Positions 53,130-63,942 of a stretch of DNA of 64,000 bases are shown here, in pieces (positions within the stretch are counted from its first letter, which is position 1; every line of letters begins with the position of its first letter). This stretch comes from Candidatus Kapaibacterium sp. (GTDB taxonomy: Bacteria; Bacteroidota; Ignavibacteria; Kapaibacteriales; WFXC01), in contig JALWUI010000058.1 of assembly GCA_027082775.1 (NCBI GenBank), positions 7,255 through 71,254 on the forward strand, in the 5' to 3' direction. Both the position numbers and the translations under genes were made by a program. The notes under the pieces were generated by a model, which did no database searches, had not been told where the DNA came from, and was given only the letters and a program-made list of their open reading frames with translations.

Positions 53130-56100
53130 TTACTTCACCACATTCACTTTGAGCGTTTTCGTAAACCGTCCACTGCTCATCCGTACATAATACAACCCAC
53201 TGCTCATCTCCGTCGCCGGTACCTCAACCTGATACCACCCCGCCTTCCGATACCCCTTCACAAGATCCCTTACCTTCGTCCCAACCGCATCATACACCCC
53301 AATCTGCACTTCCCCATCAAATCCTATCCCGTACCGTATCACCAACCGCTCCCGCACCGGCTGCTCCCCTACAACCTCCATCCCATAACGCTCCCCGATC
53401 ACTATGTCCCGCGCCTGCCGCAGGCAAAACTCCGATAACGGTACCCGCCCTTTTACCCCACTCGGCTCTACACAAATTGCCCGATCCTCTCCAATCCCGA
53501 TCTCTACAGGAACAATCCCTGCTTCATTGCTATCACTTTCCAGATACACCTCAAACACCAATTGACACACTTCCTCCCCGCCCGGCAACGGCTGCTGCCC
53601 CTGCCCGCTGATCTGCGCTATCCCCGGCTTTAACTCTACTCCCGTCCATTCCCATCCATCTATCAGCGATTCCACTCCCTTCAACCCCAACGCCTTCCCG
53701 TTGTACCGTATCTCCAGCACCACCTGCTCCAACCCCGCTTCCCCGCTCATATCCTCATACCGCACCGGGACCATCACCGTATCCCCCGGCAACACTGGAT
53801 CCTCTACGTCCTCTATCACAAACACCACCGGCACCGAATACCGCTCCCCTCTTACCACCACCGTCGTGTCTCCACTCCCACTTTCCACCAGCACCTCTAC
53901 CTCATACTGCCCCGCTTCGCCCGGCAACAACCGTACGCCTACCTGCCGCTCCCCGCCTGCCGGTACCACAAACTGCCGCGGTCCTACGACCTCAAACTCT
54001 CCAACATCCCCGCCAGCGATCCGCACATCCGTCACATCCACTGCCGCACTCCCCGTGTTCCGCACCACAATCGTCCCTTCTCCGCCATCACATCCCAATA
54101 CCGGTCCAATCACCGTCCCTTCTGCTTCCAGCCCCACCACATACGCACAGCCTCGCACCATTACCCCACTTTCTACCTGCGGCTCTTCCTCCGGTCCCGC
54201 TGCCGCATCACTCACAATCCGTACCCGCACACTGTCTCGGGGATACGTCCGCGCCCGAAACCGTACTGCAAGCTTCAGCGTATCTCCCACATCCAGTGTC
54301 ACTGGAAATTGGGGCCAATTCTCTGCCCAGAACGCCTGCGGATCACTCATTACTCCATTGTCAAATTCTACGTTCCAGATCTGCAATTGCCACACCGCAT
54401 CGGCATTCCAGATCTTCACTACCCCCTGCTCCGCCGATTCCGTCCCCAGCTCCACACATTCAAACTCATACCCTTCCGCTCCAATCTTCGGTAAATACGC
54501 CTGTCCACGTAACTCTCCTTCTACGGCTTCAGCATCAATAAACTCCGCCTGAATCCCTACCTTCAGCGTATCTCCCACTGCCGTCTCCACCTGCGGCTCA
54601 TACTCCACAAACACCAACAGCTTCTGCTTCGGATTCAGTGTTACCCCCTGCGGATCACTCAACGGTGTCCCTTCAAACTCATAGCCAGTAATCCGGAAAT
54701 GCGGCGTTGGCGCTGTGAGATACACCGTATCAATCGTTACCGCATTATTCCCCCCGTTGCCAACTTCCACCTGCCCGCTGTGCACCGTCTGCAACCGCTG
54801 CCACCCCCAGTCGTAACTGGTGATGTACGGTGCCCCCTGAATCCCTTCTCCCTTCCATCGCGAAATGTTGTCATCTCCCGGCGGTGCATCGCACACAAAC
54901 TCCACGTCAATCTGATACTTTTGCACTGCCGTCGGCGTGAAACACGCCCCCTTGAAGTAAATGGTCTCTCCCGGTTGCACTTTGATCGGCAATGTGTAGG
55001 TACTTTGATCCAGCGAAAACGGGGCAGTCACATTCCGAATCTCGGTGATCGTCAGCACCGTGCTGCCCGGATTGCGAATCTCCACGGTCCGCTGAAAATC
55101 CTGGATGTTCTCACTATTACACCGGGTCAGCCCAACCGGCACTGGTCCCGCATCCCAGTCGCCCACCACGATATGCGGCAACACGCCCTGTCCCCGCAAC
55201 TCTGCCAGGGGAAAGTCCACGCACGGTGTTGTTGCAAACAACGAATCAATGTCCCAATCCTCCGGATCGCTCCGCTCATCCTTCGGCGTGTACCGCAATT
55301 CCACCCACAGGGTATCGCCCGCTGCCAGACTTGTCGGTATATCGGGCGTGATCGACACAATTTCAAACTCGTCGGCTATCTTGAGCTTCACCTCCTCCAC
55401 GAGCACCACAGAATCACTTTCGTTGACCACTGCCAGCAGCAACGTCCGGCTCTTGCCGACCCGCACGGTATCGAAAAACACCAGGGTGTCTGACGGCATT
55501 AACTTCGGTGCTTCGTAAAACACGCTGTCATATGCTTCATTGCCCGCCCGGTCGACCACAACGAAATAGGCTTGTGCGTCCTTTGTCTTATCGATCACCT
55601 CCAGGCGGAACCTGGCAGGCGAAATCTTCTCACCGGTGTTTTCCAGCTTTGGCGGATCGACCAGTATCAGTCGATAGTTGAAACTTTTTTCCGGAATCAG
55701 CTCGATCTTGCTGACGCCCTGATCAATCTGACGGGGATTATCGTTGGGTTTGCCGTTGCGTTCCTCCCAGGCGGTAAAGTCATAATCGCCGCAATCTTCC
55801 ACAAATTCCAGCACTGGCTCTAAGGTATCCAGCTCATCGATCTTATTGACGGCGGTGGCAGCGGGCCACCCATAGGATTCCCAGGTGGCGAAGCCATAGA
55901 TATATCCTCCAAAAGGCGTTTTCCCTTCGATGCGGTGCGGTCCGGGATTCACATTCAGCACGGCATAATACACATTGGTTCCCGGAATCCGCTGGCTAAG
56001 AAACGAGGGCACCTTTTGCCACACGTACTGTCCGTCGAGCTTAATCGTTTTGAGTTTTTGCTGCTCTGGATCATCCGGATCGCCAATTGCCAGAATGTTG

Positions 56101-57374
56101 AAATAGTTTTTGGTAAATGCTCGATTGGAAGGCGTCTGGAAAACGGTTCCCTTCGTGTACTGCTCCACAGGGACAACCCAGTAGTAAAAAGGATCAAAAT
56201 TCCGGGCGTTGTCCCAGGCAGCAGAATACGAATACTGACAAACCAGCACTGGCTTATCGGCTGTCCATACGGAAAATCCACGAATCGATTCCAGTTGTCC
56301 CGGTTGCCATGCGTTCATATATTCGAAAAACTCTCCTGCTTTCTTCAGCAGTCCCGACAACTGTCCAATGAGTTCCCCGGATTGCTTGTCGTACCACTTC
56401 ACTTCCCACATCGTATTATCCTGTGAAGCGACAATCCGGAAGAAATCGCCGCGATTTTCGCGCAGTAGTTCTCCCGTGATATATTGTTTTCCCCACGCAT
56501 GCACCGGTGGTGGCATTGTCAGCAGGTGATCCCGGCTGGTAATCCCCGCAGCAATGGGCATAATACTCCGAACGTGGTAAGAAATAATGCCGATTGGCTT
56601 GGTTGCCACGATCTCTGTTCCCGTAATATCAAACAATTGCTCCTGCGATTCGCCAGTGGTCTGGAAGACAAAGGCTTCACCTTCATTCAAAGTGATTGTG
56701 TAGGGCTTGTTCCAGTCTCGTGGAAATTGAATCTGCTGTTTGCCCCCCTGCCAGAAAATATATCCGTTATTCCGACCGCGAAGCTTGACCTGAATGACTG
56801 TCCCATCGTATTTTGCCAGAATCACAAATCCTGAACCGCGGGGGTAATTCCAGCTCAGGTCTTTATAATCGTAATGTCCCACGTGGATATACCGCTTGCC
56901 CCATACTTCTACAGGCAGTGCCAGATATCCTTCGGAGGTATACTGGTGAGCGGACATCACATAGACAGAAATCGGATCCTCAGCAGTAATGTGAATTGCT
57001 TTCAGTGACTTTCCACCTCCTTCATCCCGCATTTCTAAGGATTCATTCAGTGGACCACCCTGCGATGAAATTGTTGTGATCTTCATCGCTTCTACTTTGT
57101 AGGGAATGGGACCAATTCCCAATCCAGGGATATGGAGCATAAATTTCGTGTCGACGGAAGAGGTTACATAGATCTCCAGCAGGCGGAACGCACCATCTCC
57201 ACCGGCTCCACGGTAATTCGTGTTTTCATTCTGTGGAAAGGCAATCCAGAATTCCCGTCCCTGTGTCCCATTATCCAGCAGCCATTGTGGAGAAATCACT
57301 TCGCGCTTCTGTGCAAAGGCACTGAGCCCTCCCAGAAAAAGAATAAAGAGCGTAAAAAACCATCGGCGCATCAT
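53130..57374 (-). CDS. Giant secreted protein (1414 aa) with a T9SS C-terminal sorting domain; N-terminal IgGFc-binding-like region followed by Ig-like repeats
   Basis: Signal peptide MMRRWFFTLFILFLGGLSAFAQ. The N-terminus (GREFWIAFPQNEN...LEIYVTS) resembles the IgGFc-binding-like domain of FCB adhesins. The last ~70 aa (VYDAVGTKV...SGLYYVRMSSGRFTKTLKVNVVK) match the Por/T9SS CTD pattern. Confidence 0.8.
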   Translation of the reverse strand: MMRRWFFTLFILFLGGLSAFAQKREVISPQWLLDNGTQGREFWIAFPQNENTNYRGAGGDGAFRLLEIYVTSSVDTKFMLHIPGLGIGPIPYKVEAMKITTISSQGGPLNESLEMRDEGGGKSLKAIHITAEDPISVYVMSAHQYTSEGYLALPVEVWGKRYIHVGHYDYKDLSWNYPRGSGFVILAKYDGTVIQVKLRGRNNGYIFWQGGKQQIQFPRDWNKPYTITLNEGEAFVFQTTGESQEQLFDITGTEIVATKPIGIISYHVRSIMPIAAGITSRDHLLTMPPPVHAWGKQYITGELLRENRGDFFRIVASQDNTMWEVKWYDKQSGELIGQLSGLLKKAGEFFEYMNAWQPGQLESIRGFSVWTADKPVLVCQYSYSAAWDNARNFDPFYYWVVPVEQYTKGTVFQTPSNRAFTKNYFNILAIGDPDDPEQQKLKTIKLDGQYVWQKVPSFLSQRIPGTNVYYAVLNVNPGPHRIEGKTPFGGYIYGFATWESYGWPAATAVNKIDELDTLEPVLEFVEDCGDYDFTAWEERNGKPNDNPRQIDQGVSKIELIPEKSFNYRLILVDPPKLENTGEKISPARFRLEVIDKTKDAQAYFVVVDRAGNEAYDSVFYEAPKLMPSDTLVFFDTVRVGKSRTLLLAVVNESDSVVLVEEVKLKIADEFEIVSITPDIPTSLAAGDTLWVELRYTPKDERSDPEDWDIDSLFATTPCVDFPLAELRGQGVLPHIVVGDWDAGPVPVGLTRCNSENIQDFQRTVEIRNPGSTVLTITEIRNVTAPFSLDQSTYTLPIKVQPGETIYFKGACFTPTAVQKYQIDVEFVCDAPPGDDNISRWKGEGIQGAPYITSYDWGWQRLQTVHSGQVEVGNGGNNAVTIDTVYLTAPTPHFRITGYEFEGTPLSDPQGVTLNPKQKLLVFVEYEPQVETAVGDTLKVGIQAEFIDAEAVEGELRGQAYLPKIGAEGYEFECVELGTESAEQGVVKIWNADAVWQLQIWNVEFDNGVMSDPQAFWAENWPQFPVTLDVGDTLKLAVRFRARTYPRDSVRVRIVSDAAAGPEEEPQVESGVMVRGCAYVVGLEAEGTVIGPVLGCDGGEGTIVVRNTGSAAVDVTDVRIAGGDVGEFEVVGPRQFVVPAGGERQVGVRLLPGEAGQYEVEVLVESGSGDTTVVVRGERYSVPVVFVIEDVEDPVLPGDTVMVPVRYEDMSGEAGLEQVVLEIRYNGKALGLKGVESLIDGWEWTGVELKPGIAQISGQGQQPLPGGEEVCQLVFEVYLESDSNEAGIVPVEIGIGEDRAICVEPSGVKGRVPLSEFCLRQARDIVIGERYGMEVVGEQPVRERLVIRYGIGFDGEVQIGVYDAVGTKVRDLVKGYRKAGWYQVEVPATEMSSGLYYVRMSSGRFTKTLKVNVVK

Positions 57375-57467
57375 TGTTCGCCTCGTTGTTTATTGGACTT
57401 ACCTATCGGTTTCTCAACCATATCAAAACAAACTTACGAAAAATTCCGAAGATTTCCAATACCTCCG

Positions 57468-60400
57468 CTACCTCACCACCCAGAGGTATCCCTTTGCCAT
57501 CTCCATTGGCGACCGCAGATCCCAGAGGTATACTCCACTGGGCAGCGTGCCCGGTAGTGGGATCGAATGTTGCCCCGCACTGACAGCGATGGTTTGTTGG
57601 GCAGCAAGTACCCCTGTGACACTGTAAACGGAGAGCTGAAGCTCTATCTGTCCTGAGGTATTGATCACAATCGCCGGCTGTGGTGCTGGATGTACAACTC
57701 GAACAACGCTGAATGTGGGAGCAAGCTGAATGGTCCGCAGATCCAGCAAGCAGATTTGCTGAAGTTTGAGCGTCCCATCGATAGTAGTAACGGCAAAACG
57801 ATCAGGAGACTGAATCGTAACATCTGCAATCGTTAAGGGAGAAACGCTTGGATCAGACAACTGGACTATACCCCGCATCGTGATCAGGGTATCCTGATCA
57901 GACCCTGCGAACGATAAGATCGATTGTGCCAGCAGGAGAGAATCCAGGGCGACGATGGTTCGACCCAGATCGGAGGTAAATGGAACGGCAGCATACCCAT
58001 TGCCCAGGAACACCTGCACCGGCACAAAGATGGTTGGCAGAAAGTCCACAGCAAATTCCATTCGCTCCATTTCTGCATCTTTCCCCTCCAGCCGTACCAG
58101 AACGGCGACATCAATCGTATCTCCCGGAACCGCTTCGTACGCTGGAATACTGAGCACCAGCGGATAGACTTTTTCAACTGCCATCACCGCCACTCCTGCG
58201 GTGCTTTGCCGATCACAGCGCGGACCAATCGTTGCGCGTAATGCGGTGCTGACCGTATCAGGAACTGGTGGCGCATAGCGAATCGAAACGGGCAATGAAT
58301 CGGCTGCTGCTACTGTTATCGGGAGTGGGGGATGTGACAGCATCAGCGCTGCTGGCACAGGAGAATCCCACCGAATGTCCGTTACTTCGATCGGGAAATA
58401 AGCGGAGGGATTGACCAGATAGACCGTTGCAGTCGCCTGCTCCTTGCGAGCAAACACGGGACCAATCTGCACATTGGCTGGACGGAAAACCGCTCGTGGG
58501 TCTCGAATCGCCACGCTGAGTTCAACAGTATCCTGTCCCCCACACTGCCGCCAGGCAAGGACAACCGGAATGCGATACATTCCTTCCTCCAATGCTGCTG
58601 GATTCAACTGGACAGCAAAGGACCGTTGCTCATTGACTGACAGGGGGAATGAAAGCGGCGTTACGGAAGCAGCCGCTGCAAAAGCATCAGGAAGGTGCAC
58701 ATCCACCGTATCGGCAAAATTCCCGCTATTGCGTACCTCCCATTGCCACTGCTGCACTGGCTCACACCGGAACAGAGTATCCGGAAATGATGCTGGCGCC
58801 TTCACAATTTCCAGTTCCGGACGATACCATCCAAACGTCACCGGAATCGCAATGGTGTCAACAGAAGCAAAAATACGGAGTGTATCGATCGCAGCCCGGG
58901 GCGTAATCGGCGTCCAGCGAACGACAAAGGCAGCAGCAGCACCCGGATCCAGCACAAAGGGCAATCCACCATCAAATTGCCACTCCAACTCCGGCGCTGT
59001 CACCGCTGCTCCATAAATCGTCACACTCTGGCTGCCAGTATTGGTAATCCACACCGTATCCTCCACGGGCGTGGCAGAACAAACAAATTCTGGTAATGTT
59101 AGCATACCCGGCTGCACTGTAAGCAATTTGTTCTTTGCTGAAATATCGACATCGACACAAATGCTCCACGGACATTCAGCATCTCCCGAAGCGCATATTT
59201 TACCAACGTATACCGTATCGCTGGACGGAAACAGTTTGAGCTGTACAGTAAGTTCCTCGCCAGACTGCAATGTTTGCGGCAGCGCTGGTGCAACGATCAT
59301 CCAATCAGATCGCTGGGGTGTCAGGAGGATCGTATCGATCACCGCAGCGGCGGTCCCTATGGATCGGAATCGGACAGGGACAACCGTAGTATCGCCGGGA
59401 CTAATCGTCATCTGGATCTGCGCTGGTGTAGCAGCTACGTCCGTTGTGATCGCCTGTCCGTGCAACACAATGGCAAAGCGGAGATTGCACGGTTGTACCA
59501 GCACAATCAACGTATCCGTAAATTCACCTACCACCGTTGGAGCAAATCGCAGTTGCAGGTTGATTTGCTGATTCGGGGAAAGCTTCACTGGAGGATTTGC
59601 CGGGCTGATCAGTTGAAAAGCGGTTGCCGGCATAATGAAATCCAGCACTGATGATTGCGGCGAAAGATTCTGGATCGAGATAGCGGTATCTTTTGGGGTG
59701 TTGATGCAAACACTCCCGAAATCGACCTGCGTTGCGCTCAGTTCAAGCTCAGGTTGGAAACTGGAAATCTGGACAGCAACGATCTTTGGATTTGCATTTC
59801 CCCGTACCTGTGTCCGATCATTGTTAGCAAGCGCTATGCTGAAGTTGTAAGTCTGGTTCTGCTGCACCCGGATAACAAGCTGGAGGGTATCTGCTGCTTT
59901 TGGCGGGATAGCAACTGGAAGTGTTTGCCCTGAACGCCAGAACAGCGCCTGCACGATTGCAGTATCTGACCCCTGGAGTGTCACAGCAGAAATCCTCAAC
60001 GTGTCGTTTCCACCATTACGGACAGGAACGGCTACCGTATCAACATCCCGGCAGGCAGCAATGTGCTGCACTCGCTGAGGAGCAACAATGATAGGCGATA
60101 CTCCATACGCTCGAACGACGATCACCGTATCAAGCGAACATTGATTCACAAAGAGTCGGAATCGGGCTTCATACCATCCGGTGTCTGGCGGATTAATCTG
60201 GAACAGCAGATCCGTTCCCGGCTCCGTAATTTCTAAAGGCAACGGCGAAGCAATGCGGATGTGCGAGCTACCGGATATGCGCTTCACGGACTGCAAAGAA
60301 AACGCAGAAGTATCCACGGGCTGCAACGTAACCCCACCAGTGTTATTTTGTCCACAGAATGCAGGATTGATGATCAAGGTGTCGCGGCTGACCTGGTAAT

Positions 60401-61679
60401 GGGTTGGCGGGAGCGCATAGCCTTCGATGTAGATAAGGAAGGATCGTCCCACCGTTGGCGTTGTGAAGCGCAACACAGCCGTATGTTTGCCAGCTCGTTT
60501 CGGTTCAAAGACAATGCGGGCATCCATCGAGTCACAGCCAGCAACGGTAAGCGTTGGGCGGAGATTGGTGGTAAAAGCAGAGGAACCTATCAATTCGGTA
60601 TACGCAGGATAGTCTTTGCGCCAGTAATTTTTAATCCAGATCTTCTCAACCTGTTTGTCGCCTATGCAGACCGTATCAAACTGCACGGTATCCGGGTGGG
60701 GTTGGACGGGGGGCCAAACCATTCGGTATAGCCCGCCAGCACCGGCGATGAACGCTGTGGTATCGTTGACAAACCAGATGTCGTCCAGATTGATTCCTTC
60801 CACCCCACAGTTGAGCAATTCCCAGGCATACCCTCCATTTGTCGTGCGGATTGCTGTTCCACTATCGCCCACGCCCCAGCCAACCCGCGGCGTCAGCAAG
60901 AAGGAACCGAACATTCGCTTGCCCGTAGAGTATGCCACCCAGGTGTTTCCATTATCCAGTGAAAATCCCATTTCGCCGCCGGGACCATCTCCATTGCAGG
61001 TATTGCCTGCTGAAGGAAGCAGAAAAGAATTGCCATTCTTCGAGATCTCCTCCTGCCAGTGTTTCGGACCCGTGATGGCAAAAATGCTCCAGGTGCGTCC
61101 TCCATTGGTGGTCCGCCAGATACGACCACTGCTGATGGCATAGCCCAATCCGTTTGCTGAATAGAGAATCACATCGCTCAATCCTGACCCCGGCTCGTGG
61201 TATTGCTTCAGGGTCCAGGTATTCCCTCCATCAGTGGTACGATAAAAATTCTGTGGCGTTCCGCATCCCCCACCAACCAGCACTCCCACGGAATCATTGA
61301 CGAAGTAACATCCCCATAGCTCGCCTGTAGGATTCGGCGTAATGTCCGTCCAGGTACGTCCCCCATCGGTCGTGCGATAAATCCGATCGGGATTCGTGCC
61401 CGAACACCATCCAACAAGTGGGGAAACAAAATGAATGCTTTCCATATGGTTTGCGGGAGCGGGCAATTGCGTTCCCTTCCAGGTTTTTCCACCATCGGTG
61501 GTGCGCACCACATAACCATTGAAACCACACGCCCATCCATATTGCGGATCAGAGGGAAGGAAGAAGACATCCAGAAAATATCCGTAACGATAGGGCGCCG
61601 GCAGTTCGATCCGCTGCCATTGTGCCACTGCTGGAAGTACAAGGACCACCAACATTCCGTAAAGCCACCGCCGCATCAC
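57468..61679 (-). CDS. Giant secreted protein (1403 aa) with N-terminal BNR/Asp-box beta-propeller, many Ig-like repeats, and a T9SS C-terminal sorting domain
   Basis: Signal peptide. Six S/T-x-D-G-G-x-T-W Asp-box repeats lie in the first ~330 aa (TTDGGKTW, TTDGGRTW, TTDGGNTW, TTNGGRTW, LDNGNTW, TTNGGYAW). The C-terminus (LSVYSVTGVL...SGVYLWDLRS...KGYLWVVR) fits the T9SS CTD. Confidence 0.8.
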   Translation of the reverse strand: MMRRWLYGMLVVLVLPAVAQWQRIELPAPYRYGYFLDVFFLPSDPQYGWACGFNGYVVRTTDGGKTWKGTQLPAPANHMESIHFVSPLVGWCSGTNPDRIYRTTDGGRTWTDITPNPTGELWGCYFVNDSVGVLVGGGCGTPQNFYRTTDGGNTWTLKQYHEPGSGLSDVILYSANGLGYAISSGRIWRTTNGGRTWSIFAITGPKHWQEEISKNGNSFLLPSAGNTCNGDGPGGEMGFSLDNGNTWVAYSTGKRMFGSFLLTPRVGWGVGDSGTAIRTTNGGYAWELLNCGVEGINLDDIWFVNDTTAFIAGAGGLYRMVWPPVQPHPDTVQFDTVCIGDKQVEKIWIKNYWRKDYPAYTELIGSSAFTTNLRPTLTVAGCDSMDARIVFEPKRAGKHTAVLRFTTPTVGRSFLIYIEGYALPPTHYQVSRDTLIINPAFCGQNNTGGVTLQPVDTSAFSLQSVKRISGSSHIRIASPLPLEITEPGTDLLFQINPPDTGWYEARFRLFVNQCSLDTVIVVRAYGVSPIIVAPQRVQHIAACRDVDTVAVPVRNGGNDTLRISAVTLQGSDTAIVQALFWRSGQTLPVAIPPKAADTLQLVIRVQQNQTYNFSIALANNDRTQVRGNANPKIVAVQISSFQPELELSATQVDFGSVCINTPKDTAISIQNLSPQSSVLDFIMPATAFQLISPANPPVKLSPNQQINLQLRFAPTVVGEFTDTLIVLVQPCNLRFAIVLHGQAITTDVAATPAQIQMTISPGDTTVVPVRFRSIGTAAAVIDTILLTPQRSDWMIVAPALPQTLQSGEELTVQLKLFPSSDTVYVGKICASGDAECPWSICVDVDISAKNKLLTVQPGMLTLPEFVCSATPVEDTVWITNTGSQSVTIYGAAVTAPELEWQFDGGLPFVLDPGAAAAFVVRWTPITPRAAIDTLRIFASVDTIAIPVTFGWYRPELEIVKAPASFPDTLFRCEPVQQWQWEVRNSGNFADTVDVHLPDAFAAAASVTPLSFPLSVNEQRSFAVQLNPAALEEGMYRIPVVLAWRQCGGQDTVELSVAIRDPRAVFRPANVQIGPVFARKEQATATVYLVNPSAYFPIEVTDIRWDSPVPAALMLSHPPLPITVAAADSLPVSIRYAPPVPDTVSTALRATIGPRCDRQSTAGVAVMAVEKVYPLVLSIPAYEAVPGDTIDVAVLVRLEGKDAEMERMEFAVDFLPTIFVPVQVFLGNGYAAVPFTSDLGRTIVALDSLLLAQSILSFAGSDQDTLITMRGIVQLSDPSVSPLTIADVTIQSPDRFAVTTIDGTLKLQQICLLDLRTIQLAPTFSVVRVVHPAPQPAIVINTSGQIELQLSVYSVTGVLAAQQTIAVSAGQHSIPLPGTLPSGVYLWDLRSPMEMAKGYLWVVR

Positions 61680-61878
61680 TAATGCCTCCGTGGATTGTTT
61701 TTACTTCAGGTAAAGTTACAAAATCCCGGCGAAAGAAAGGGCAACCGAATAACCATTTTCGCCCATCCTGCCCAACCAGTGTTTCCAGAAGAGCGCAGAC
61801 ACCAGTCAAACCTGACGCGGCTTTTTACCCTGTTCCCAAATCCGGCTGCACAATAGGGAATGCAGGGCAACGTTTCCA

Positions 61879-63864
61879 TTGCTGCAAATAGCAAGGATCA
61901 TAGACATCAAGACAAAAATGCAAGAGCAATTTCCGCTCCTTTCCCGAATTCACGATCCCAATGATCTTCGCAAACTCCCCATCGATCAACTGCCACAACT
62001 GGCAACCGAAGTTCGACAATACCTTATCGACACGATCACCAAAGTTGGTGGACACTTCGGCTCAGGACTGGGAGTGGTGGAGTTGACCATCGCTCTTCAC
62101 TACGTATTCCAGACCCCGAAAGACAAGCTGGTGTGGGACACTGGACACCAGGGGTATCCGCACAAGATCCTGACCGGACGAAAGCATCTACTGCCGACGA
62201 TTCGGAAAAAAGGAGGCATCTCTGGCTTTCTGAAACGGAGCGAAAGCATTTACGACGTTTTTGGTGCCGGACACGCCTCAACCAGCATTTCGGCTGCGCT
62301 GGGTATTGCCACTGCCCGGGATTTAATGAAAAAAGATTTTCACGTTGTCGCCATCATTGGCGACGGGGCAATGACGGGCGGATTGGCGTATGAAGCAATG
62401 AACAACTGTGGGCTACAGCAGCGGAAATTGCTGGTCGTTCTGAATGACAATCAAATGTCGATAGCTCCCAATGTCTGGGCGTTAGCCAACTACTTCACAG
62501 AGTTAGACACCACTCGCATCGTTTTCAAGCTACGGCAAAATATCCAGCGGTTGAGCGAACAACTGGAGCCATTCGGTGATCGAATTCTGAAGCTGCTCCA
62601 GCGGATCGAAGGTGGCGTAAAATCGATCATCACTCCCGGAATGCTCTTCGAAGCCTTAGGCTTCAAGTACTACGGTCCGATCAATGGTCACCATTTGCCC
62701 CGGCTGATCAAGATTTTGCGCTTTATCCGGGACACCTACGATCGCCCGGTGCTACTCCACGTTACAACGCAAAAGGGAAAAGGGTACGAAGCGGCGGAGA
62801 AACATCCGGAGGCATTACACGCTATCGGAAAGTCAGCCCCACCGTCGCAGGATAAAATTGAAATCGGCTCTTCCCACCGCAAAGGGAAAAAATATCAGGA
62901 TGTTTTCGCCGAGACGCTGATTGAATTGATGCGGCACAATGAGAAAATCGTCGCCATTACTGCTGCTATGCCGAGTGGAACTGGTCTGGATAAAGTTGCG
63001 GCGCACTTCCCTGATCGGGTTTTTGATGTTGGCATTGCTGAAGCGCACGCTGTCACGTATGCCGCTGGCTTAGCAACGGAAGGGATGATTCCTGTCTGTG
63101 CGATCTACTCCTCCTTCCTCCAGCGTGCTTTCGACCAGATCATCCACGACTGTGCCCTGCAAAATCTGCACGTTGTCTTTGCAATGGATCGTGCAGGTGT
63201 GGTTGGTGCAGATGGTCCTACGCACCACGGCGTTTTTGACCTGGCTGCACTTCGAGTGATTCCGAATATGGTGTTGATGGCACCCAAAGATGAGCGCGAG
63301 CTCCGGAATATGCTGTATACGGCAATTGTCGAACATCGCGGTGGCCCCATTGCCTTGCGATATCCCCGAGGACAGGGACCGGGCAGCTCGTGGGATCCGG
63401 GTGATTTTGAGTCTATTCCCATTGGAAGGGCAGAAATTCTGCGAACTGGTGGGGATGTCGCGCTGCTGGCAATTGGCAAACCGGTAGCAGAAGCCCTGCA
63501 AGCAGCAACGATCCTGGAGCAGCACGATATTTCGGCAGCGGTGATCAATGCGCGTTTTGCCAAACCGCTGGATACTGCTCTGTTAGATCAATTGTTCGAC
63601 ACCTATCCATTGATTGTTACCATTGAAGATGGGCAAAAAATTGGTGGATTTGGAAGCGGCGTTCTGGAATATTTTCACGCCCATCCCCGGTCTACCGCTC
63701 CCCATATCGTGGTTCACGGTATCGAAGACCGTTTTGTGAGCCACGGTACCCAGGAAGAACTGTACGAAGAATTGCAGCTTAATGCTGCCGGGATTGCTCG
63801 GCTGGTCCTGGAATCGCTGCATCTGGGCACTCAAATTCCCAGCTCTTCGTCTCTGGATTCTTGA
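61879..63864 (+). CDS. dxs: 1-deoxy-D-xylulose-5-phosphate synthase
   Basis: TPP-binding GDG...N motif (IIGDGAMTGGLAYEAMNN) and transketolase-like domains. ATG 61918 (MQEQFPLL) aligns better with Dxs N-termini than 61879 does. Confidence 0.9.
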   Translation: MLQIARIIDIKTKMQEQFPLLSRIHDPNDLRKLPIDQLPQLATEVRQYLIDTITKVGGHFGSGLGVVELTIALHYVFQTPKDKLVWDTGHQGYPHKILTGRKHLLPTIRKKGGISGFLKRSESIYDVFGAGHASTSISAALGIATARDLMKKDFHVVAIIGDGAMTGGLAYEAMNNCGLQQRKLLVVLNDNQMSIAPNVWALANYFTELDTTRIVFKLRQNIQRLSEQLEPFGDRILKLLQRIEGGVKSIITPGMLFEALGFKYYGPINGHHLPRLIKILRFIRDTYDRPVLLHVTTQKGKGYEAAEKHPEALHAIGKSAPPSQDKIEIGSSHRKGKKYQDVFAETLIELMRHNEKIVAITAAMPSGTGLDKVAAHFPDRVFDVGIAEAHAVTYAAGLATEGMIPVCAIYSSFLQRAFDQIIHDCALQNLHVVFAMDRAGVVGADGPTHHGVFDLAALRVIPNMVLMAPKDERELRNMLYTAIVEHRGGPIALRYPRGQGPGSSWDPGDFESIPIGRAEILRTGGDVALLAIGKPVAEALQAATILEQHDISAAVINARFAKPLDTALLDQLFDTYPLIVTIEDGQKIGGFGSGVLEYFHAHPRSTAPHIVVHGIEDRFVSHGTQEELYEELQLNAAGIARLVLESLHLGTQIPSSSSLDS

Positions 63865-63869
63865 CTATT

Positions 63870-63942
63870 GACCCCGTAGCTCAGCAGGTAGAGCAACGGC
63901 CTTTTAAGCCGTGGGTCGCAGGTTCGATCCCTGCCGGGGTCA
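63870..63942 (+). tRNA. tRNA-Lys (anticodon TTT)
   Basis: Cloverleaf readable by eye: acceptor GACCCCG/CGGGGTC, D-arm GCTCAGCAGGTAGAGC, anticodon stem ACGGC/GCCGT with loop CTTTTAA, T-arm GCAGGTTCGATCCCTGC, discriminator A. No encoded CCA. A T-tract follows. Confidence 0.85.

Noticed and set aside
53701-55518. Long plus-strand ORFs (53701..54552, 54699..55493, 55105..55518 and others) antisense to the giant T9SS genes
   Set aside because: They are antisense to well-supported 1400-aa coding frames. Their Pro/Ser/Thr/Arg-rich low-complexity translations are typical of the opposite strand of GC-rich genes.
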